A stretch of 64,000 bases of DNA from Octopus sinensis (lineage: Eukaryota): positions 3,844,001 to 3,908,000 of the forward strand of contig NC_043003.1 in NCBI RefSeq assembly GCF_006345805.1. The letters are read 5' to 3'. Made by a program: the position numbers and the translations under genes. This document shows positions 1 to 11,945 of this stretch, piece by piece. Under the pieces are notes generated by a model. The model saw only the letters and a program-made list of their open reading frames with translations. It made no database searches and was not told the origin of the DNA. The number at the start of each line of letters is the position of its first letter. Position 1 is the stretch's first letter.

Positions 1-780
1 AGATAAGAATGTGCATTGTCCGTTTAATTGAAAAATTCTATATGTGGCTGAAGATTGCTCGACATTTTAAAACTGATGTAATACTTACAGTGTTGAATAA
101 AATGAAGTAGCATGAAACGATTGTACTACTCTACCTTGGATATCCTTGTTGCTTATTTTGATTATAATCACCCCATTTGATTTATATGGACAATACCATA
201 CAAAATTATGGTGCCTTTGACTTAAGTACCATATTCAACTGAACCTAAATTTTGCTGAACTTATATATATATATATGAGTGTGAATACATGGGTGAGCCT
301 GTAAGTATTGGTGTGTGTGTGTTTGTGTGTGAGGGAGAGAGAGAGTGTATATGTTATGTTGGTGTGTATATACTTGTGAATGTGTATAAGTGAATGCATG
401 TGTACTTCAGTAGGTGAATGTACATATATGTTTCTGTTCTGTTGTCTTTATTGTTAGATTTTGCCATTGGACTACGGCCTTGCTGGACCACCACGTTGAA
501 AGGTTTAGTCGGCCGTATTGACTCTCCTTCTTTTTTTATATCGATAGGTATTTGATGAAAAAAATATATATTTAAAAACTATTTAGCGATAAAAGTTGTC
601 AAGTCCTTTGCATCCTCTTTCGGCGCCCCACAAGCAACGTCTACTGGCAATCATTGTTTTTTTCGTTAAATTTATTAAGTTGTGATATTTCAAAGTTTCT
701 TAATCATAGCATTTTAATTAATTTCAAACTTATCAACTTCTGATCAAGAAACATATAATACTGCGCCTGAAAATTAAAGG

Positions 781-1012
781 TTAGTAAACTTTTATACCAC
801 GTCAATTTTCCTCGACGGGTCAGAATCTAGGACAATGTAAGGAGCAATGGAGAATAAGATAGAAGTCTTTGAGATGTGGATCTTTCGTAGATTTGGTAGA
901 GCAAGCTGGAAAGATAGGGTAACAGATGGTGCGGTATTAGAAAAGATGAATTTTCAAAGACACCTGTTGTCGTGAATGAGGCCCACAAAGCTATCATATT
1001 TTGGGCGTAAAT
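781..1012 (+). mobile_element. RTE-clade LINE, decayed 3' ORF fragment
   Basis: Translates LDGSESRTM*GAMENKIEVFEMWIFRRFGRASWKDRVTDGAVLEKM...KLSYFGR, matching the RTE post-RT motif YGSE.W...IEAFEMWC.RR.L.ISW.DR.TN..VL; contains in-frame stops. Confidence 0.8.
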
Positions 1013-1747
1013 TCACCATGAGTCACTGCTTAAGACGTCTGTGGACCAGCAACACCAAAGCATGAACTGGAAACAAAAGCCAAGCTGATTGTATACCTGG
1101 CAGCACAACAGAGAGGGAACTGAACAGTCTTAGCAAGCGAATCCCTGGACACAGGGAAGGCACAAGGCTGATTGCTGATGATGGCATCATCACTGAATCG
1201 AAATACACAATACTGTTGACCTGACATATTTGGTATCTCAACAGACTCTAATCAATGTGGTAAGGTTTTATGGACATAGATAAGGAGGTATTTGAGTTAT
1301 ATCCTAGCAACTATTCGTTTTGATCTTAATCCTAACAAATTAGAGTTTTTGTTGTTGTATATTGAGTTTAATACTGTAGATTATAAATATGATTGTGCAA
1401 CATTTAAAGCTGTGAGAAGAAACTTATGCAAAACAACCCAATTGAATGTAGGCCAGGCACCGCCTGTCTTCACAATTTCAAAAGCTTAAGGGAAACATGG
1501 ATAAATTTCTATTTAATTGCATTAGCTCTTAACAGTGAGTTTAAAACCGAAGAAAATCAATGATCGATTACTTGCAGTTCCTTGCAATGTTAAGTATCTT
1601 CGAATATTACCTGAAGCTGATTGCGATTGTGGTAAATTAGTAAAAACGTCAAAACATCTGGTAGAATATTTACGGTATTAGTTCTAACTTCCTGTGCTTT
1701 GAGTTCAAATATTGCCGACGTCATTAGGCGGGGTAGTCTTGGAAATA

Positions 1748-2290
1748 AACGAGTGTCTCCGTTGTGCAGAAGACTTAATGAATATGATAAAACTATTGCG
1801 AATGTTGTAAATGAATGCCTAAGACTATCCCTGTGTTAGTATAGGTTGTGGCAACATGATGAAATAGCAAAAGTTCTACGTTGGAAATTGTGTGAAATGT
1901 GGCCGTTAGAGAAAAGTAAGACAGGGTACGGCGACAGACCACAGAGATTTAGCATCGTAAACTTGCAAAATGCTGTGGGATTTCCCATTCAAACGGAACC
2001 GGTATTTGAGCACAACAAATCGGACTTAACAGTGATGGATTCTGTATCCTGTAATTGGTACAGCGTTCCTTTTTGATTCACGGCTAGTTAAGAAGGGAGG
2101 CGAGAAAGTCCTTTTAAATGCCAAATAGCTCGAATGAGGAACATGAAAAGGGTGAAGATAGGATCAATTATTGTTGGAGCCTTGGGGGTCAATATCAAAA
2201 GATATTGAAAGGAACATAGAGAAAATAAGAAGAAGCAGAGCTGTTGCAAAACGTTTGCCTCTTTGACACGGCCAGAATCATCAGGAAAGA
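1748..2290 (+). mobile_element. R4/Dong/Hero-like non-LTR retrotransposon 3' fragment (CCHC knuckle + restriction-like endonuclease), decayed
   Basis: SPLCR...NVVNEC...WQHDEIAKVLRWKLC...FPIQTEPVFEHNKSDLTVMD...IIVGALG...TARIIRK across frameshifts. Confidence 0.8.
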
Positions 2291-2798
2291 ACCAGATTGT
2301 CGAAGAGAACAAATATCACAGTACCGTAGGGTAGCAAAAACACGCTACTCATGCAAGATTCCATGAGTTCTAACAAAACCTGAGTTGAAAGATGATAATG
2401 ACTATGATGATGATGATATTGACAACGATGATGACAATGATGACGATGATGATATCTTTATTTATCTCCATGTCATCGGATAAAGGGGGAGCATTACAAG
2501 AACAGTCCGCAACTTGTGTGGGAATTTACACGAAATACAAAGGGGAAAAAAGGGAAATGACGGTAAAATGCGATAAAAGTATACATGTTACACAAAGTAT
2601 GTGATAACAAAGATGGAGTCCTCCTGACAGAGGAGAAAATCCAACTGGGACCAATGAAGGAACTCCACAGATTCAGGATTACTTTGACCACCGAGGCACG
2701 ATCTCTCGCCCAAATGTTGTTCTCTTATTTACAGTCGCATGCTTAGCGTCATTCCAGTCGTCCAAACCATTTTTGCCACACTCACCCGTCTATCTCTC

Positions 2799-3202
2799 AA
2801 GGCGGCCAGCTGGCAGAATCGTTAGCACACCGGGCGAAATGCGTCGTCGTATTTCGTCCGCCGTTACGTCCTGAGTTCAAATTCCTCCGAGGTCGACTTT
2901 GTCTTTCATCCTTTCGGGGTCGATTAAATAAGTACCATTTACGCACTGGGGTTGATATAATCGACTTAATCCGTTTGTCTGTCCTTGTTTGTCCCGTCTG
3001 TGTTTAGCCCCTTGTGGGTAGTAAAGAAATAGGTATTTCGTCTGCCGCTACGTTCTGAGTTCAAATTCCGCCGAGGTCGACTTTGCTTTTCATCCTTTCG
3101 GGGTCGATAAATTAAGTACCAGTTGCGTACTGGGATCGATCTAATCGACTGGCCCTCTCCCCCAAAATTTCGGGCCTGTGCCTAGAGTAGAAAAGAATCC
3201 CT
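2799..3202 (+). mobile_element. Dimeric tRNA-related SINE (family A: GGCAGAATCGTTAGCAC...GTTCTGAGTTCAAATTCCGCCGAGGTCGAC) with TSD
   Basis: Two tandem bodies; flanked by CGTCTATCTCTC (2787-2798) and CGCCTATCTCTC (3203-3214). Other family-A copies at about 5065-5285(+), 6300-6490(-), 15243-15655(+), 18140-18340(-), 21305-21510(+), 28125-28310(+), 35381-35735(-), 49440-49600(-), 55240-55420(-), 59040-59240(-), 61670-61810(+). Confidence 0.85.
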
Positions 3203-3537
3203 CGCCTATCTCTCGCCTAAGTTCAGCGAGAGACGCGTTACAGCGTCACAGAACAAAGCAAGTTCTTGGTTTTTCTTGATATCTTTGAAGGGTCCCCAGG
3301 GGTTGGCCAGCACGTTTGTTTTTGCTATTGCTGTTGTCGTTGTTTAAACGTTATAGCTTAGCAGATCTGATCTAGCGCTCCAGCCATGGCTATGCTGTCT
3401 TTTGATCGGGAATTGCATACCTAAGATCACATTACTGAATGCCTTCCTTTTTGAGATAGTTTGGTGTGATTTGAGAGATAATTCGCTGTTTCATCAATCA
3501 TCTGAATCATGTTATTTCAATCAGGCTTGGATTTACA

Positions 3538-3890
3538 GATGATTGATGAAACATGATTTAGTTGATTGATGAAATAATATTCAGTTGATTGAGGAAACAT
3601 GATTCAGGTGATTGATGAAACATGATTCAGTTAATTGATAAAATATTCAGTTGATTGAGGAAACATGATTGAGATGATTGAGGAAACATGATTCAGGTGA
3701 CTGATGAAACATAATTCAGTTAATTGATAAAATATTCAATTGATTGAGGAAACATGATTGAGATGATTGAGGAAACATGATTCAGGTGATTGATGAAATA
3801 TGATTCAGTTAATTGATTAAATATTCAGTTGATTGAGGAAACATGATTGAATGATTAAGATGACTGATGAAACATGATTCACTTGATAGG
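3538..3890. repeat. Minisatellite, 20-23 bp units (GATTGATGAAACATGATTCAGTT-like) with 89-bp higher-order period
   Basis: The short variant unit AATTGATAAAATATTCAGTT recurs at about 3633, 3722 and 3811. Confidence 0.85.
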
Positions 3891-4369
3891 TGAAAATTAG
3901 CTGATCGATTAAATATGAATTAATGATGTTCAATTTTACTTTAAGCGGCGCCAATAATTTCCCGGTGGCCATGCTGGGATATACTGAAGGCTGTTGTCGA
4001 TTATATCGATTAGTTTTTGCGCAGTAATGTTTATTTGATCGATCTTGAAAAGATCAAAGCCAAAACTACCCTTGGTTACATAGATTTTTATCCACCCTTA
4101 TAACATCATTTTCCGTTTCAGATACGTTTGAAGTCATTTTGTGGGTTATCGGATACGTCGCTGTAATGACGCATGCGCACTGCAAATGAAGTCCTCTTCA
4201 CTTCTTAAGCTTTGCTGGTTTTCATTAAATCATTATGAGCAACAACAACAACAGCAACTATAATAATAATAACAATAACAATGATAATAATAATAATAAT
4301 GATAATAATAATAATAATAAATAATAATAATAATAATAATAATAATATAATAATAATAATGATAATAAT

Positions 4370-4401
<32 letters not shown>

Positions 4402-4514
4402 ATGCTTTTAGCTGAGCGTCAGTAATTTTAGGGGAAGGGTTAGTCGTTTCATCGACCCCTGGATTTGAAGGGTTTTTCATTTCGTAGACCCTCCCTATAA
4501 GGAAGAAAAGATCT

Positions 4515-4830
4515 GACATGGCTGTATGGTTTAGTCCCACTGCGTGGTACCTTGGCAAGTGTCTTCTTCTGTAGCCTTGTGAATAGATTTGATAGGCGGA
4601 AACTGAAAGAAGCCCTTTGTGTCTATGTTTGTCCCCCCCCCCACCGCTTGAAAACTGGTATTGGCTTGTTAACGTCCCTGTAATTTAGCTGTTCGGCAAG
4701 GGAGACCAAGAGAATGAGTTCCAAGCATTAAAATGAAAGTAGGTCCTGGGGTCGAATTGTTCGACTAAAATTTTTCAAGGCGATGCCCCAGCATGGCCGC
4801 CTTCTAATGGCTGAAGCAATTAAAAGGTTA
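4515..4830 (+). mobile_element. tRNA-headed SINE family B (GGCACCTTGGGCAAGTGTC core, internal TA/TG microsatellite, GACTGAAACAAGTAAAAG tail)
   Basis: Decayed copy of the family repeated at about 9050-9480(+), 16641-16765(-), 21985-22385(+), 23720-24050(+), 30555-30965(-), 31036-31390(+), 31445-31915(-), 37890-38290(+), 47160-47595(-), 56605-57320(+, split), 57640-58035(+), 60330-61030(+, split). Confidence 0.85.
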
Positions 4831-5309
4831 GAGATAACTACCGATCTATGTATGTATGTATGTATGTATGTATGTATGTATGTATGTATGTATGTATGTA
4901 TGTATGTATGTATCTATCTATCTATCTATCTATCTAACTATCTATCTATCTATCTATCTATCTATCAGTCTATCTATATGTCTATTTATCTATCTATTTA
5001 TCTACACACACACACACACACACACATCGAGAAGACAGATTCATATCCTCAACAAGGCGTTGAGCTGGCAAAAACGTTAGCACGCCGGACGAAATGCTTT
5101 GCAGTATTTCGTCCGTCTTTACGTTCTGAGTTCAAATTCCGTTGAGGTCGACTTTGCCTTTCATCCTTTCGGGGTCGATTAAATAAGTACCAGTTACGCA
5201 CTGGGGTCGATATAATCGACTTAATCCGTTTGTCTGTCCTTGTTTGTCCCCTCTGTGTTTAGCCCCTTGTGGGCAGTAAAGAAATAAGATTTATATCCTT
5301 AAAAATTTT

Positions 5310-5421
5310 AAGTATAATGTCCTAAACCGTCCAATATTAAGTATAATGTCCTAAACCGTCCAATATTAAGTATAATGTCCTAAACCGTCCAACATTAAGT
5401 ATAATGTCCTAAACCGTCCAA
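5310..5421. repeat. 29-bp tandem repeat x about 4 (AAGTATAATGTCCTAAACCGTCCAATATT)
   Basis: Directly visible; units start at 5310, 5339, 5368, 5397. Confidence 0.95.
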
Positions 5422-5588
5422 TGATTTCTTCTGCAGATCTCCTACCGCCTGATGTCTGTGGATGGAATCAGTAACTCTGGACCGAAACGTCAACTGCGCC
5501 GCCGCAGTTGATGACGTCATGGAGATGTTTGGAGTTACCCTGAAGTCAACTCCTGTAATTATCCTGTTTTCTTTTTTTTCTTTTATAT

Positions 5589-5991
5589 ATAACTAGCAGT
5601 ATCGCCCGGCGTTGCTCGGGTTTGTAAGGGAAATAACTATATAAGCATTTTTAGAGAGTTATAGCCAAAAAATAGCCAAACAAATGCATTAAAAATGGAA
5701 AAAAATTATGGTAAATTTTTTTTTAAATCGTTGACTCATCGTAGACGTTTTTAGAGAGTTACTTTCCTTATATAATAGCGAAAAAATGCATTAAAATGGA
5801 AAAGAAATGATGGTAAATTATTTTTAAAATCGTAGACTCATCGTAGACGCGCGCTAATACCCAGAAGGGCTCGATATGAATCCCGACTATAAGATACCCG
5901 GTTTTGGTTAAACTGCACCGCAAAATGTGGGAGTAGTTAGGAATCTAAATCGTAGGAGACAGACACACAACTTCACATTTATATATAAAGA
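5589..5991 (+). mobile_element. Non-autonomous Helitron/Helentron-like element
   Basis: Starts AACTAGCAGTATCGCCCGGCGTTGCTCGGG (short subterminal hairpin), has an internal duplication, and ends GACAGACACAC...TTTATATATAAAG, as in DINE-1/Lep1-like elements. Related ends at about 17330-17500 and 63610-63790. Confidence 0.6.
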
Positions 5992-5994
5992 ATT

Positions 5995-6290
5995 CTTTGA
6001 ATGATTTGGGCGCAACGATGTCTCCAAACATCAACAGCAACAATAATAATGGTTCTTGTGAAAGGTAGAAGAGTCCAGTTTGCTGGACATTGTTGTAGAG
6101 CTGAAAACGAGGCAATTTCTACTCTTCTCCTCTGGAAGCCATCTGCTCGCGATACCAGAGGGCGCACACTCTTCTACCCTGATGTAATCTCCAGGGATAC
6201 AGGCATCCAGCAACAGGACCTCCGTAATGCTATGATGGACCGTGAGGTCTGGCGTGACATAGTAAATTCGACCACGGTCGAACAATGATG
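5995..6290 (+). mobile_element. RTE-like LINE 3' end fragment
   Basis: RRVQFAGHCCRAENEAISTLLLWKP...GRTLFYPDVISRDTG..QDLRNAMMDREVWRDIV matches the RTE C-terminal AGH / W.P / GR / DR..WR motifs. Confidence 0.8.
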
Positions 6291-6499
6291 AATGATGGTT
6301 CTTTCGTTATTGACCTGAAGTCTAAAATTTCGGGGGGGAGAGTAGTTGTCGATTGGCTCGACTTTAGCGCTTTCATCCCGAAAGGACGAAAGGCAAAGTT
6401 TACCTCGGCTTAATTTCAACTCGGGAGGTAATGTCGGGAGAAATGCAGCTTAGCATTTTAACCAGCCTGCTAACGATTCTACCAGCTCGCCGCCTTTGT

Positions 6500-6861
6500 A
6501 GTACCGTCACTGTCATGCTCCAAAAGATCAAAGAAGAACAGCACCCTTGTCATCTGCAAAATAGTCTCCGTGACTTTCGTTGCTCATTGCTGGATGATGA
6601 ACATTCTAGGCGTTGGGGGAAAGGTGTGACTGGGCCTTTGTTTCATCTTTCGACACCAGAATCGGGGACGTGGGTAAACTTGTCGTCATTCACTTCAAAT
6701 ACTTCCATCATAGCTTCGTCATTCTTCAGAGCATATTACTCTTGTCTTTGTGTCGTCTTTGGAAACAGTCTGAAGTTTTCTATGGATGTCAGACACAGGT
6801 ATCCATCCTTTGTCAGGATATCGCTGATGATATATTGTTTCTTCTTAAATCCCATTTTTAC
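6500..6861 (-). pseudogene. Decayed coding relic with weak La-motif (LAM)-like similarity
   Basis: Pyrimidine-rich acceptor ...CTTCGTCATTGCAG then VKMGFKKKQYIISDILTKDGYLCLTSIENFRLFPKTTQRQE*YALKNDEAMMEVFEVNDDKFTHVPDSGVER*; in-frame stops at 6738-6736 and 6645-6643. The LAM resemblance is judged by eye only. Confidence 0.35.
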
Positions 6862-6900
6862 CTGCAATGACGAAGAACAGGAAGAAGAATTACTTCTGAG

Positions 6901-7649
6901 CAGAGTTTCCCAACCATTTTTTTTAACCTATGGGCCTTTTTGATTCCTATTTTTCTTGGGTGCACCATTCCATGTTTTAAAATATTATATTTTCTTATAA
7001 TTAAACATTATTAGGAATTATATTTAAAAATTGTTGAAATATCTTGTAAATCACTATTTTAAAATCTCACGACGTGAAATATCTCAGCAACAGTATTTTG
7101 TAGTAAAGATTGTTTGCCAATATAACATGGCAGTCCTGGTTTAGGATGAAAAAACTGTATATTTCGAACAGGAATTGGGCAGCGCCACCTCTAGCCGAAC
7201 AATTATTGTGTGCTGATGAAGGGAAATAACCCGGAAATCGCGATACTCAGATATTGTTTTGAGCTGAGTTGGGGTGCTAGATTCCCTTGTTCGAAAATAT
7301 AAAGAAACAGATCGTGTTGTATAACCAGCTGGAGACGATATCACCTGGGGCTAAATTACAGTAACATTCGTCCTAAACCGGAACTGCCATGTTATGTTTG
7401 GCAAACAATATTTTCTGCGAAATATTTTGTGTTGCAGAAGTAGAAGCAATTTATTGCAAATTAATTTTAACAACAAAATCTTACAAGAACACCAAAAGGT
7501 CATATGAACCCCCAAAGGTCATGTGGACCCCCAAAGGTCATATGAACCCCCAAAGGTCATGTGGACCCCCAAAGGTCATATGTACCCCCAAAGGTCATGT
7601 TGACCTCCAAAGATCATGTAGACCCCTAGGGTCATGTAGAGAACCACTG
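6901..7649. mobile_element. hAT-like MITE carrying a nested Penelope-like fragment and a 20-21 bp tandem array
   Basis: Ends CAGAGTTTCCCAACC / GAGAACCACTG; right flank CTATAGAG, left flank CTTCTGAG (5/8 match). Array of CCCCCAAAGGTCATRTG units at about 7495-7640; internal inverted repeat 7080-7149 vs 7367-7440. Confidence 0.5.
7209..7249 (+). ncRNA. Minimal type I hammerhead ribozyme motif (slightly decayed)
   Basis: TGTG-CTGATGA-A-GGG/AAATAA/CCC-G-GAAA-TCGCGA-TA-CTCA: canonical core, palindromic stem III ATCGCGAT, AUA triplet, stem I 3 of 4 pairs. Confidence 0.6.
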
Positions 7650-8209
7650 CTATAGAGGAAGAGTTACCCTACCAGCATGAGCAATTTACACGACCCACGA
7701 CTGTTAATAAAAACAACGTATGACTTCTTTTACACTTTTTTAGAACCTCGTATACATAGACGTGTGTGTATGTGTCTGTGTGCTTATATGTGTGTATGTG
7801 CTTGTGTGTGAGTGTGTACTAGAGTGTGTACTAGAGTGTGTACTAGAGTGTTACAGGTGACTTTGGAAAGTTCACTTTGTCAGTGTGAGTAATATAAAGA
7901 AATATGGCACACAAGCAATAATTATACTTTAGTTTTTACCCAATCTGCCTATTTCTTTGCCTCCTTCTTCTTTGCCGGTCTAATCGCCATTGCTTTCCTC
8001 GCTTAGTTTCTACAATTTCTTCCATATTGTAGTTTCATGGAATAATTAAATGGCAAAAAAAACCCAGAAAAGTTACACATTCGCTTGAATGACGTTCGTT
8101 TCACTTGGCAAAGTGATCCAAGCATTGTAAATATGATGAACTTGTTTAGAGAGGATTTATAAGATGTCTAGATAGTTTTGTTTGTTAATAAAACTGTAAT
8201 TCATTATAG

Positions 8210-8595
8210 TGGAGGCGCAATGGCCCAGTGGTTAGGGCAACGGACTCGCGGTCGTAGGATCGCGGTTTCGATTCCCAGACCGGGCGTTGTGAGTGTTTAT
8301 TGAGCGAAAACACCTAAAAAGCTCCACGAGGCTCCGGCAGGGATGATGGTGATCCCTGCTGTACTCTTTCACCACAACTTTCTCTCACTCTTACTTCCTG
8401 TTTCTGTTGTACCTGTATTTCAAAGGGCCGGCCTTGTCACTCTCTGTGTCACGCTGAATATCCCCGAGAACTACGTTAAGGATACATGTGTCTGTGGAGT
8501 GCTCAGCCACTTACACGTTAATTTCACGAGCAGGCTGTTCCGTTAATCGGATCAACCGGAACCCTCATCGTCGTAATCGACGGAGTGCTTCCACA
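8210..8595 (+). mobile_element. tRNA-headed SINE family D (GGCCCAGTGGTTAG head; CTCAGCCACTTACACGTTAATTTCACGAGCAGG tail)
   Basis: A-box/B-box-like head; related copies at about 23400-23535(-), 28795-29020, 29670-29935, 41650-41970, 53552-53835. Confidence 0.85.
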
Positions 8596-8979
8596 ATTCA
8601 TTATAACTGAAAAGGAAAAAGAAATTTTGGAAAAACCGAAAAATGACAAGTTTTTCCCTGAGTTTTTCCGTTATTTTTTTTTCGCTACTTTCCTTATTTG
8701 GTATTCGACAATGAAAATTTGATATATTTTAACGATATGTCAAGTAATATCTCGGCTGATCACGTGACACTCCTGTCGTCTGTTAACGGTTACATAGGGA
8801 TCACATAGAAACACTCAGGAATCCCTTATTGCCTACAAAAATTCTAACTTGAGGGGTTTTACGGTTTGTAAAATATACTCTTAAAACGGAAATTACGTCA
8901 GCTTTGTTATTCTTATTAATCAAACTCATGTGATTAATGTCTTCAAAAGTCCAAATCTAGTTTTGTGCAGTACTTATTT

Positions 8980-9015
<36 letters not shown>

Positions 9016-9214
9016 GTGTGTGTGTGTGTTTGTGTGTGTGTTGTAGATATAGGCACAGGAGTGGCTGTGTGGTAGGCAGCTTCCTTACCAACCATATGGT
9101 TCTGGGTTCAGTCCCACTGCGTGCCACCTTGGGAAAGTGTCTTCTGCTATAGCCTCGGGCTGACCAAAGCCTTGTAAGTAGATTTGGTAGACGGAAACTG
9201 AAAGAAACCCGTCG

Positions 9215-9258
<44 letters not shown>

Positions 9259-9477
9259 CGCATGTGTGTTTGTGTGTCTGTCCCTGTCCCAACCCACCAA
9301 CGCTTGACAACCGATGCTGGTGTGTTTACGTCCCTGTAACTTAGCGGATCGGCAAAATAGCCCGATAGAATAAGTACTTGGCTTAGAAAGAATAAGTCCT
9401 GGGGTCGATTTGTTCAACTAAAGGCAGTGTTCTAGCATGGCCGCAGTTAAATGACTGAAACAAATAAAGGTATAAAG

Positions 9478-9600
<123 letters not shown>

Positions 9601-9623
9601 GTAGATAGATAGATAAATAGATA

Positions 9624-9715
<92 letters not shown>

Positions 9716-9721
9716 ATTGCC

Positions 9722-10320
9722 AATAGAGAAAGAACTAAACTAGATCCAAGGCTCCCTCATTGGAATTTCAACATCAACAACAGAGTATTTTGTATGTATG
9801 TATCTATTTATGTGTATGTATGTGCAGATTTGTATGTTTAATGTATGTATTCTCATGCATATAGCTACATATCTAGACATTCTCATATATATTTAAATGA
9901 TAAACTTCTGGAAAGTTTTCACAGATTTGTACAGTTCCAGTGATGGATTGGATCTGTAGTCTTCGGATTAGCTTTCTCCTTTCTGGTTTTGAGAAGCCTA
10001 ATTTCTCAAGATTGGTATTTAGGCAATGTGTTATATATCCCGACGTCCCAATAATTACAGGTATAAACCTGAATTTGTAATCTGGATACAGTAACTACAG
10101 ATTTTTCAATAGTTCAGCATAGGTGATCTTTGTCACTGACCTTAAATTTCGTGTTAACATCCACTGGGCAGCTAATTTCCACAACTGTGCTCAGTTTCTC
10201 TTCTCTATCCCAAATCATTATATCAGGTCTTTTGTGTTTATATTTTATTGAGGTCTTCTCTGGAACATTCCACCAGTATTCCTTTTTATTATGAGTAGCT
10301 ATGGCTTCTACTATATTCTG
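9722..10320 (-). mobile_element. REL-endonuclease LINE (R4/Dong-like, second family) 3' end with 3' UTR
   Basis: KEYWWNVPEK...KRPDIMIWDREEK...VVEISCPVDVN...LLYPDYKFRFIPVIIG...IQSITGTV; the 3' UTR contains a TACA tract followed by GTTGATGTTGAAATTCCAATG. Confidence 0.8.
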
Positions 10321-10539
10321 GGTTACGATGTGTGTGTTTGTGTGTGTGTGAGAGAGAAAGAGGAGAGTGAGAGATTCGCTACAGATTTGTTAGAATTTAG
10401 GCATATCAACAAGTCGGATGCCAGGGCTGCCAAAATATCATAACATTGAGTTCACTGTGAATTTCGTTTATATTCTACCAATTAAGGTGTAAACTTGCTA
10501 ACCACTTCATTATTATCATTATTAATAATATCTATTTAA

Positions 10540-10587
<48 letters not shown>

Positions 10588-10591
10588 TATA

Positions 10592-10705
<114 letters not shown>

Positions 10706-10814
10706 CCTGCTCGCTTAGCCAGCGGGGTGGCGTCATTTGAAGGCTAAAACAATGCGAAGCGCATTGTGACCAGCGATGTGTAACAACATCTGATAGCCTG
10801 GTCGGTCACATGAT

Positions 10815-10870
<56 letters not shown>

Positions 10871-10872
<2 letters not shown>

Positions 10873-11178
10873 ATTTACAAGATAAGGGCAGAAGAAAAAT
10901 AATTCTAATGCCAAATATGCCGAAACAAATAATTGTCGATAACCATTATGCGTCTCGAAACAAACCGATAGAAATCTCTAAAAATTCGTTATTACCGTAT
11001 TGGTCCAATTTCGGGGTTAATTCATAAGAAAATTGGACCAATACGGTAATAACGAATTTTTTAGAGATTTCCATCGGTTTGTTTCGAGACGCATAAATTA
11101 TAATGGTTATTAACAATTTTTTGTTTCGGCATATTTGGCATTAGAATTATTTTTCTTCTGCCCTTATCTTGTAAATTA
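10871..11178. repeat. Long near-perfect inverted repeat (about 140-150 bp arms, 18-nt spacer)
   Basis: 10871-11011 is the reverse complement of 11030-11178 with a few substitutions and one small insertion; abuts (TA)n. Confidence 0.95.
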
Positions 11179-11649
11179 TGTATAAATTTAACCTTTAAAG
11201 GTATTTTTTGATATGCTGGCCATTGATAAAAAATTTTCCCGAAAAAATTTTTATCCTACATTAGTTATATATATACATGAAAACGATCAATCAGGATTGA
11301 ACAGATAATATACAAGAAGTGGTGTATGGAGACTGAGAGGTAGACTCCACTGTCAGAATATATGTAAGTTCATATACACATGTGTGTGTGTGTGTGTAAG
11401 AGAGAGAGAGTTTCGAGGGATATATTACCCGGGTGGCTACCTTGGTAGCTCTCAGTTATGTTCCAGGTTACGGCTAACCGCACCCTTTAGTGTTTAACGT
11501 TTATGACTATCAGGCGTTGTCACTAAGGCTGTAAATATCCACCGTTGGGTAATTCCTTGATCGCTTCACTGTAGGTTGTCGTAACGATAAAAATATGCTG
11601 CACGAGAAACCGTAAAATAAGAGGAAATGAATTCTGAGGATGGACCACT

Positions 11650-11741
11650 CTCCATACTCTCTATCGTCTCTCTCTCTCTCTCTTTCTCTTTCTCTCCTTC
11701 TCTCTCTCCCTTTCTCTCTTTCTCTCCTTCTCTCTGTCTCA

Positions 11742-11773
<32 letters not shown>

Positions 11774-11799
11774 GTATGTATATATATTGTATGTGTATA

Positions 11800-11830
<31 letters not shown>

Positions 11831-11911
11831 GTATGTATGTATGTATGTATGTATGTATGAATGTATGTATGTATGTATGTATGTATGTATGTATGTATTT
11901 ATATATGTATG

Positions 11912-11945
<34 letters not shown>

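Noticed and set aside
68-135. CTGATGT...GAAACGATTGTA at the window start
   Set aside because: It is an old copy of the 24648 family but A9 and stem I are lost; too decayed to call a ribozyme.
5310-5421. Regular 29-bp repeats (also 20651-20740 and 17999-18053) as a possible CRISPR array
   Set aside because: Head-to-tail tandem units with no unique spacers, in a eukaryotic context with no cas genes.
5445-5530. Hammerhead-like words CTGATGT...GAAACGTC followed by the AACTGCG/CGCAGTT hairpin and GATGA
   Set aside because: Neither a type I nor a permuted type II arrangement gives a complete core with correct stem registers.
6431-6943. 170-aa + strand ORF
   Set aside because: It starts inside a SINE and ends inside a MITE; its S/F/L/C-rich composition is typical of an antisense reading.
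8210-8290. tRNA-like sequences here and at 16458, 17551, 29670, 53552 and about 28000-28060
   Set aside because: A/B-box heads run directly into SINE bodies and lack a complete cloverleaf, so they are SINE heads rather than tRNA genes.
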